A DNA stretch of 42,520 nt, from contig NC_068986.1 in the NCBI RefSeq assembly GCF_001194135.2, positions 107,649,267 through 107,691,786 of the forward strand. The letters are read 5' to 3'. Both the position numbers and the translations under genes were made by a program. Below the pieces are notes generated by a model. It saw only the letters and a list, made by a program, of their open reading frames with translations. It ran no database searches and was not told where the DNA came from. Below are positions 34,758-42,520 of the stretch, one piece after another (position 1 is the stretch's first letter; every line of letters begins with the position of its first letter). This DNA is from Octopus bimaculoides. Lineage: Eukaryota.

Positions 34758-34890
34758 GGAAATGGCAGAGTAATCGCCAGTATTAATGCTTTCACGTACT
34801 GAAAGTATATCTTTACGTTCTGAGTTCGAATATTGTCAGAACATAATACACCATTCATCTTTTCGGACTTTAAGCAAAACTAAATCAACA
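34758..34890 (+). mobile_element. SINE family B-like, degraded
   Basis: TGGCAGAGTAATCG..TTTACGTTCTGAGTTCGAAT..TTCATCTTTTCGG. Confidence 0.55.
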
Positions 34891-35010
34891 AATATAACTA
34901 AATTGATACTGTTCCTCTCTTTTACAATAAAACTTTGAATAGTGTTTTATATTGTACTGAACCAATGAACCAATAATAGTTTGTGAGATGCCTATCAGAA
35001 GTTTACTACT

Positions 35011-35323
35011 TATTTCTATATTGCCCATAGGGGGCTAAACATAGAGGAGACAAACAAGGACAGACAAAGGGGATCCAGTCGATTACAACGACCCCAGTGC
35101 GTAACTGGTACTTATTTAATCGATCCCGCAAGGATGAAAGGCAAAGTCGACCTCGGTGGAATTTGAACTCAGAACGCAAAGACCCACGAAATACCGCTCA
35201 GCATTTCGCCCGCCGTGCTAACGTTTTCTTATTTCTTTATTGCCCACAAGGGGCTAAACATAGAGTGGACAAACAAGGACAGACAAAGGTATTAAGCTAA
35301 CGTTTCTGCCAGCTCACTGGCTT
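35011..35323 (-). mobile_element. SINE family B (B1 tail), full length, carrying a nested insertion
   Basis: Complete head, centre and tail; 16-bp TSD TCAGAAGTTTA(C/G)TA(C/T)T at 34995-35010 and 35324-35339. Confidence 0.95.
35227..35295 (-). mobile_element. Nested 5'-truncated B1 SINE (tail only)
   Basis: 69 bp of B1 tail flanked by a perfect GCTAACGTTT duplication (35217-35226, 35296-35305). Confidence 0.92.
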
Positions 35324-35865
35324 TCAGAAGTTTAGTATTAAAAAAGAAATACGGGTCATAAATATATGAATTAAATGTAACAAAGTAGAATTCACGAGTT
35401 AGTTTATGGGAAGAATTGAATCAAAATGCATTGGATTAAATGAACAGAAAACACCAAAACAACAAAGGAACCTATACCTGTAAGTATATGACCCAGATTA
35501 GTCCCCTAACATATAATCAAACATTCCAGTATTTTATTTATTGTTTTGAAGCTTAGCGCATTACCTGCCAGTGATCTCATTATGAGATCACTTAAAAATT
35601 ACAAATTTCGTAATTATCTGTCAATATTTACACATATTTAACCTTTTTGCTATATCTACTAGGTATATTTCTCCGATATTCAAATGAGGTTTGCTAATTC
35701 TTCACCCAATATCTCGCTTATTTCTATTTAAAATGTTATTTTGAAGTGTTATTTTGAAATGTCATTTTGATCATTCCAGTTTGTTTCTAAGGCTGTTTCA
35801 TGCTAGAAATCAAAGTTTCATAAAAAAAAATTCCAGTTAATAGAATTATGGGAGGTAATGGGTTA

Positions 35866-36085
35866 AGGCAACAAGCTGTCATAATTGTTATCACATCGGA
35901 CAGAATTGTTTAGCATCATTTCTTCCCTTTTTACGTTCTGAGTTCAAATTGCACCGAGGTCAGTTATGCTTTTCATCCTTACGGGATCAATAAAATAAAG
36001 TGCCAGTTGAGCAGTGCGGTCGATGTAATCGACAATCGTTCTCCCGCCAAAGTTCAGGTCTTGTACCTGCAGTAGAAAGAACTAA
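35866..36085 (+). mobile_element. SINE family B (B2-like tail), diverged
   Basis: TTTACGTTCTGAGTTCAAATT..CCGAGGTC..TTTCATCCTTACGGGATCAATAAAATAAAGTGCCAGTTGAGCA..GTCGATGTAATCGAC. Confidence 0.85.
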
Positions 36086-36460
36086 TTATTTTGTGCTTAT
36101 TAACTTCACAACTTATCTGAGATCTGAAACAATTTCTCTTTCTAAACGTCACTTAATTCCATAACTTTTCAGTAATGGATTTAAACTACATCGAGTACAA
36201 TTGATCTCAAAGCTTCACTAATAATCTTAAAAACCCCTTCTCAGTCCCTGGAATATCTTCGTGCTAACCTTAGACTTGGATTCCAAACTAAATCAAAATA
36301 TTTTTCTATTGATTTGTAACGTTGGCAAGAAGCCAGCACTTTGTAAAAGCATAGGTACTGTCTATTAGATTGATTCCATAATGTTTAATAAAGAAAACAG
36401 AGGGAGAAACCAGGAAGGAACAATCGGTTACAATCTTAGCCAAAATAGCCTCTCTCTCTC

Positions 36461-36495
<35 letters not shown>

Positions 36496-37621
36496 NNNNN
36501 NNNNNNNNNNNNNNNNNNNNNNNNNNNNNNNNNNNNNNNNNNNNNNNNNNNNNNNNNNNNNNNNNNNNNNNNNNNNNNNNNNNNNNNNNNNNNNNNNNNN
36601 NNNNNNNNNNNNNNNNNNNNNNNNNNNNNNNNNNNNNNNNNNNNNNNNNNNNNNNNNNNNNNNNNNNNNNNNNNNNNNNNNNNNNNNNNNNNNNNNNNNN
36701 NNNNNNNNNNNNNNNNNNNNNNNNNNNNNNNNNNNNNNNNNNNNNNNNNNNNNNNNNNNNNNNNNNNNNNNNNNNNNNNNNNNNNNNNNNNNNNNNNNNN
36801 NNNNNNNNNNNNNNNNNNNNNNNNNNNNNNNNNNNNNNNNNNNNNNNNNNNNNNNNNNNNNNNNNNNNNNNNNNNNNNNNNNNNNNNNNNNNNNNNNNNN
36901 NNNNNNNNNNNNNNNNNNNNNNNNNNNNNNNNNNNNNNNNNNNNNNNNNNNNNNNNNNNNNNNNNNNNNNNNNNNNNNNNNNNNNNNNNNNNNNNNNNNN
37001 NNNNNNNNNNNNNNNNNNNNNNNNNNNNNNNNNNNNNNNNNNNNNNNNNNNNNNNNNNNNNNNNNNNNNNNNNNNNNNNNNNNNNNNNNNNNNNNNNNNN
37101 NNNNNNNNNNNNNNNNNNNNNNNNNNNNNNNNNNNNNNNNNNNNNNNNNNNNNNNNNNNNNNNNNNNNNNNNNNNNNNNNNNNNNNNNNNNNNNNNNNNN
37201 NNNNNNNNNNNNNNNNNNNNNNNNNNNNNNNNNNNNNNNNNNNNNNNNNNNNNNNNNNNNNNNNNNNNNNNNNNNNNNNNNNNNNNNNNNNNNNNNNNNN
37301 NNNNNNNNNNNNNNNNNNNNNNNNNNNNNNNNNNNNNNNNNNNNNNNNNNNNNNNNNNNNNNNNNNNNNNNNNNNNNNNNNNNNNNNNATAAAAAAAGGG
37401 ACTGTGCACGTACTTCCCAGAAGGTTTAAGAGACTGATTTTAGTGACAATAGTGAGATATTAAACCATATAAGGAGGAGAGACCCAACGGCAAAACATTA
37501 TTCAAAAAGACTCAGAGATAATAGCATTTGATCTTCCTCTCAGTGCAAAACGGTGTCGACCCCAAATAGGTGTCTTGATAAGAATTAGTAAAAGACGATA
37601 TAAAAATATTATTTAATATTG

Positions 37622-38000
37622 TGGCACTCGGTCGCTTACGACGTCGAGGGTTCCAGCTGATCCAATCAACGGAACAGCCTGCTCGTGAAATTAATGGTTA
37701 AGTAGGTGAGCACGCAACAGGCACGTGTAACCTTAACATAGTTCTTGGGGAGATTCAGCGTGACACAGAGTGTGACAAGGCTGGCTCTTTGAAATACAGG
37801 TACAACAGAAACAGGAAGAAAGAGTGAGAGAAAGTTGTTGTGAAAGAGTATAGCAGGGTTCGCCACCGCCTCCTGCCGGAGCCTCGTGGAGCTTTAAGTG
37901 TTTTCGCTCAATAAACACGAACAACGACCGGTCTAGGAACTGAAACCATGATCCCACGACCGCGAGTCCACTGCCCTAACCACTGGGCCATTGTGCTTCC
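37622..38000 (-). mobile_element. SINE family C, full length
   Basis: Aligns end to end with 32531-32895; candidate TSD ATT(A/G)TTTAATAT at 37608-37619 and 38003-38014. Confidence 0.93.
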
Positions 38001-38066
38001 ACATTGTTTAATATATAAATAGTGTCACTATTTACACCTGTACATAATCCACAATGCTTTATATGC

Positions 38067-38069
<3 letters not shown>

Positions 38070-38115
<46 letters not shown>

Positions 38116-38192
38116 AGGGAGAGAGAGANNNNNNNNNNGAGAGAGAGAGAGAGAGGGAGGGAGGGAGAGAGAGAGAGATAGAGAGAGAGAGA
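38070..38192. repeat. (GA)n/(GGGA)n tract with a 10-N gap
   Basis: Direct reading. Confidence 0.95.
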
Positions 38193-38229
38193 ACAGTACA
38201 GGACAAGATGTGTATATTGAGTGCAGTAT

Positions 38230-38700
38230 CAAAAAAACAGAATATGCATGCATCTATTAATCACGGACTTTTGCTTCCAAAAACCCACGTTGAATGAATC
38301 AGTGATAAATGGAACATCTCGATGCACTTTGTAAATGGAATGAATAGTAGATGCATGGACACCAAATTTGCGCCCTATAGCAGTGAAGTTTCCATCGTCA
38401 CGTATTTTCTTGATCATCTCTACGTTTTCCTACATAGCATACACTCGTCAGCTTCGTTTGTTTGTATCAAGGCTTCGTATTTTTCTCCCTGTTCACCGGT
38501 AGCATCAGTCGGTACGAGGGCATAAACCCCTATCAAAAATATTCAACTTCGCACCACGACTCTGTAAACACAAGCAATAGTTTGTGCATTCTGAGTAGCT
38601 AAGCATTCTGGGTGGTCGCTAGAGCGCATTTTAGCGGTAGAAGCAAAATCTTAGACTAATCGCCGACCCGCATTATCACAAATCGATCTGTGATAAGCGA
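38230..38700 (-). mobile_element. pogo/Tigger-like transposon remnant (CENP-B-type N-terminal HTH)
   Basis: Minus strand ENVEMIKKIRDDGNFTAIGRKFGVHASTIHSIYK resembles the CENP-B_N/Psq HTH; near-perfect 24-bp palindrome TTATCACAAATCGATCTGTGATAA at 38673-38696 upstream. No TIR identified; boundaries uncertain. Confidence 0.6.
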
Positions 38701-39659
38701 AACATAGTTCGCATCTGCGCGTAACGTATTATTCTGGATCAGTGATGAATGAATCAACGAAAACGAAACTACATGTAAAAGATCTTTGTAACATTCCACC
38801 TCGAATGTAACCTTTTAAAGTAGTGAGTTAAGTGTGTTCATTCTATGCCACACAACTGATCGCAGAATACCGTGGCCTTCATAAACAAATGCCCTCTCCA
38901 TGCAAGTACATGATCAGAACTGATCCTTAAAATCTAGTAATACATTTTCAAAGGAAAAATAAAAATAGGTTTCGTATTATTAAAAAAATAAAAGAAAAAA
39001 TAATTAAAAGATGCAAATGAAAAGAGAGAATAGCAAAGACTTGGTTGTCATGGACAGTGGACAACGACGTTTTGAAAAACAAACAGTTCGACCGGAAATG
39101 GATTTGACAAGAATTTGGTAAATAAATACAGCAGCGCCATCAAGATAAATGGAAGATATATTGGAAGAATGGCCAGCAAATAGGTTACGGTGAAAAAGTA
39201 TTGCAAGCATATCATAACCTGATTGTTATAAAGTGGTCTTTTGTCACTGTTGTATTTGTCTTTGTTCGACGGTCGTCAGTCTGACAGATATTGTTATATT
39301 CCGAAGTGGTTGATAGAAGGGTTCAAACTGGCACTCTACGATCCCCAATCGTACTGTGTTATTATCCTCAAAAGACTGGATCGTTATAACGTCCACTCAG
39401 CATCACAGTATAATTACTGCATCAGCACAGACACGACTCTCAGCACAGTCTAACACGTACTTCCCGTGCTCTACGTACTCGCTCCATACCTGCCGACGTC
39501 ATCTTACTTGTAGTAACTGTTTCATTCTACTCGTCACGTTGGAAGGGTGTACCATTATTACTAATCCCCTACAACACTAATAAACAGTCTAAATCACATG
39601 ATCGACCTGACAATCAGGTGTTGTTATACAACGCTGATCTCAGTGCGCTTTGCCTCGTT

Positions 39660-39875
39660 TAGCTTTCGAAAGATACCACTCCTCACTGGCTAGGTGAGCT
39701 GTCGAAGATTACTCCCTATCGGAAGATTAATCCGCTGCATGATTACAGCTGAGTGGACTGGCGCAGCGTGAAACGAAGGGTCTTCAAAAGTACAACGCGC
39801 TGCTCGGTCTGAGAATTGAACCCACGATCGCTAGGTCGTGATTGCAATACCCTAACCACTTCGTCACGTGCCTTC
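39660..39875 (-). mobile_element. SINE family D, degraded
   Basis: Reverse complement GGCACGTGACGAAGTGGTTAGGGTATT..TCGTGGGTTCAATTCTC..GCGTTGTAC..TTTCACGCTGCGCCAGTCCACTCAGCTG. Confidence 0.65.
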
Positions 39876-39920
39876 ATAACATATATACATGAAAAATGTT
39901 AATTTTGTAGTATACTTTAG

Positions 39921-40095
39921 CTTTTATCTTTTATTTGTTTCACTGATTGGAAAGTGGTCGTGTAGGGGAACCCCTTAAAAGGGTTTCACTGAATATAGCG
40001 ATCACAGTGCTAATTTTTTAAGTTTCAAGTCTGGTATTTATTCTATCAGCACTTTTACCGAACTGCTAGATTACGGGGACGTAAACAAACCATCC
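39921..40095 (-). mobile_element. SINE family A, degraded 3' half
   Basis: TTTTATTTGTTTCA..TTATTCTATCAG..TTTTACCGAACTGCTAGATTACGGGGACGTAAACAAACC. Confidence 0.75.
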
Positions 40096-40211
40096 GTCTA
40101 TATCTTTTGAATTTGGTATTTAACGCGAAGCAAACACTAAATTCATGTTTTGTAAATTAAATATTTATTTATTTTATATACATATATATATATATATAAA
40201 GATACATATAC

Positions 40212-40282
40212 ATCGACCCCAGGACTTATTCTTTGGAAGCCTAGTACTTATTCTATCGGTCTTTGGCCGAACCGCTAAGTTA
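40212..40282 (-). mobile_element. SINE family A internal fragment
   Basis: ATCGACCCCAGGACTTATTCTTTGGAAGCCTAGTACTTATTCTATCGGTC..GCCGAACCGCTAAGTTA, near-identical to 18426-18497. Confidence 0.9.
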
Positions 40283-40559
40283 GCATCTAATATACCTAGA
40301 AGCTGCCCGTCGGTAATATAAACTTTTCGTTAACAGCCGTAAATAATGAAAACATACGAAGAATATTGCAAAACTTGTTTTGAAAGATTAATGGGATAGT
40401 TCCTTAGGAAATATACATTTGAAACTAAGTGGAACTGTTATAAGAATAAGGCAATTTCAGTAATAACATACAGGGCGAACATGATAGAAAATGATTCAAA
40501 ACTTTGCTATTGGGCGCAACTAAAAAAAAATATCTGTAGAATGAATCAAATAATGCTAT

Positions 40560-40850
40560 AATGTATAACAGAGAACACATTTAAGAGCTGACATACATAA
40601 TATACACATTTTTCATATCAAAACATAAAATATTTTCTACCTCTATATTACGGTATGTCTGGAAAGTAAAGTTCAATGTAATTGATATATTCCCCATAAT
40701 TTCACCCATAGTTGAAACGGCAACACCATTATTTAATAAATAAGATAGCTGCAAAATATGTCTGGCTGAGAAATCTAATATTTTTATGCAAGACTTCAAA
40801 ATATTAAATAAAATGTTTGAACCATAACCCAGATGCCGATTGCGTGTTTT
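40560..40850 (+). mobile_element. Penelope-like element fragment (GIY-YIG endonuclease C-terminal part)
   Basis: ITENTFKS, TSILRYVWKVK, IVETATPLFNK*DSCKICLAEKSNIFMQDFKILNKMFE..CR match the PLE pattern TENTFK..ST.LS.YVW.LK...C.LCL.EK..I...LN...E...CRH. Confidence 0.7.
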
Positions 40851-41642
40851 ACATTATCGCGTTTGTAATTGAAGGCTGTGCTCGCTCAATTTTAATAGTA
40901 TATACAAACATCCATTCAGACAATATTTACATACCAGTAGTTTTCCTTCATGGAATGCCCACATGCAACATTCTGGATGAGATTTCATTAATTTTGAAAT
41001 TTTTACAGAAACTTCTGTCCAACCCAAACAGTTATTTACACTGCCCTAATATTCTGAACATTATCATGCCAAAACTTAACAGTGGAACTTAAGATAACTT
41101 AACACAGGTGTATGCGGTGGCTATATAAGCAATGTGTTCTGAGGGACAAAACCCCCTAAAATATGGCATATACACTTATTACCCATTTTTATTTTCGATC
41201 TGATTGTTAGTTCACAACTGACGACTCGATATGAAACGCTGTAGCAAAAATCAGCGCTAGCTAAAATTTCTATAGAATACCCGCAGAATTAACCTTAACA
41301 AATTAATGTAAAAGGCACTTCTAATGTAGTAGGATGTGGTATTGACTTATAAAAACATTTAATATACTTTATAGTATATTATGGCTGCATAACGAAATAC
41401 CACGTGTCTACATATTAGGAGATAGTAACAGTTCCGAATCCCAACCTGTTCAGTCTTGTCTTTGCAGTTTAAACGAACATATAATCAGGAAACGCAGAGT
41501 AAAAACAGATTAAACTATCAGCTTGAAACATGTATAGGCTCTACTATATGCTTTGTTAAACTACTGGTGCCTTCTCAAATGTTTTCTGTCACAACTATAC
41601 AGTATATACTTCAGGATATATCGAGAAATTTTAAGCAACACT

Positions 41643-41785
41643 ACAGGTATAACTGTGTAGTTAAGAAGCTTTTTTTGTAACCAAGAGGTTTCGGGTTCAG
41701 TCCTACTCTATGGCGACAAGTGTCTTTTACTATAGCCGCGTCCCGACAGATGGCCGCTGTCAAACGACTGAAGAAAATAAAAAAT
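41643..41785 (+). mobile_element. SINE family A with a large internal deletion
   Basis: Head and CORE-like part (GGGTTCAGTCCTACT..CAAGTGTCTTTTACTATAGCC) joined directly to the tail ATGGCCGCTGTCAAACGACTGAAG. Confidence 0.8.
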
Positions 41786-41806
41786 TAAAAAATTAAAAAA
41801 TAAGGA

Positions 41807-41937
<131 letters not shown>

Positions 41938-42200
41938 TAGATAATGCATCCATATATATTATGCGTGTATTTTCATGTGCGTGTATGTATGTACAGGATT
42001 AGCCGAAATTATCAGTTATTATTTATGTCGTTTGACCAAATTTCACTCAGATTATTTAAGTATTCACCAGAAATCATATTCATGTTTTTTTTTTTTTAAT
42101 TTTAACTTCGTGGTTATGTATGCCTTGAGTGAATTTGGTTGGCAGAAATTGTGTATAAGCACGTCTTGCATTTATGTGTGTATGTGTGTATATCCGTTTA

Positions 42201-42390
42201 TTATTTTACTTGTTTCAGTCATTTGACTGTATATAGAGCTCCTTTCAGTTTCCGTCTACTAAATACACTCACAAGGCATTGTTCGGCTCGAGGCTATAGT
42301 AGAAGACACCTAAGGAGCTACGCAGTGGTACTGAACCCAGAACCATGTGATTGAGAAGCAAGCTTCTTACCACACAGTCACGCCTGCGCC
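42201..42390 (-). mobile_element. SINE family A with a large internal deletion
   Basis: Intact head (reverse complement GGCGCAGGCGTGACTGTGTGGTAAGAAGCTTGCT) and 5' half; a TATATA remnant is joined to the last 27 nt of tail. Confidence 0.9.
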
Positions 42391-42458
42391 TACACACGCA
42401 CACACACACATACACACATATATATGTATATATCTTATACGAAAGCATTCACGTCGGT

Positions 42459-42459
42459 G

Positions 42460-42497
<38 letters not shown>

Positions 42498-42520
42498 GTA
42501 GATAGATAGATCGATAGATG
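42459..42520. repeat. (GATA)n microsatellite
   Basis: Direct reading. Confidence 0.95.

Larger units (their letters stand above)
4506..38138. other. Assembly gaps (11): 4506-4648, 6809-6818, 8360-8542, 14389-15066, 18647-19304, 22146-22790, 23919-24435, 30064-30425, 33327-33398, 36496-37388, 38129-38138
   Basis: Runs of N totalling about 4.2 kb; contents unknown. Confidence 0.98.

Noticed and set aside
32825-38000. tRNA-like sequences at SINE C heads (32825-32895, 37930-38000) as tRNA genes
   Set aside because: They lack a closed acceptor stem and continue into a shared 300-bp SINE body.

Overview
AT-rich, repeat-saturated animal genomic DNA from a draft scaffold, with about 4.2 kb of N in 11 gaps, most abutting microsatellites. 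The SINE repertoire and microsatellite load point to an octopus genome (inference from remembered octopus SINE families, not database-checked). I can support no intact protein-coding gene; most listed ORFs are microsatellite, N-gap or antisense artefacts. The window holds: a decayed Tc1 (DD34E) transposon; mariner- and pogo-derived remnants; five fold-back (palindromic) MITE-like elements; LINE fragments (two R4/Dong-like, two CR1/L2-group, one RTE-like, one Penelope GIY-YIG); about 30 copies or fragments of at least four tRNA-derived SINE families (working names A, B, C, D); a 28S rRNA-derived fragment fused in sense orientation to a 5'-truncated SINE; and a short interstitial (TTAGGG)n tract. 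The best leads are the 28S-SINE chimera, a LINE/SINE shared 3' tail with a compensatory stem change, and two mariner MITEs built by duplicating opposite ends of the parent element. I see no convincing evidence of a wholly new biological system; a few candidate host-gene exons remain unresolved.
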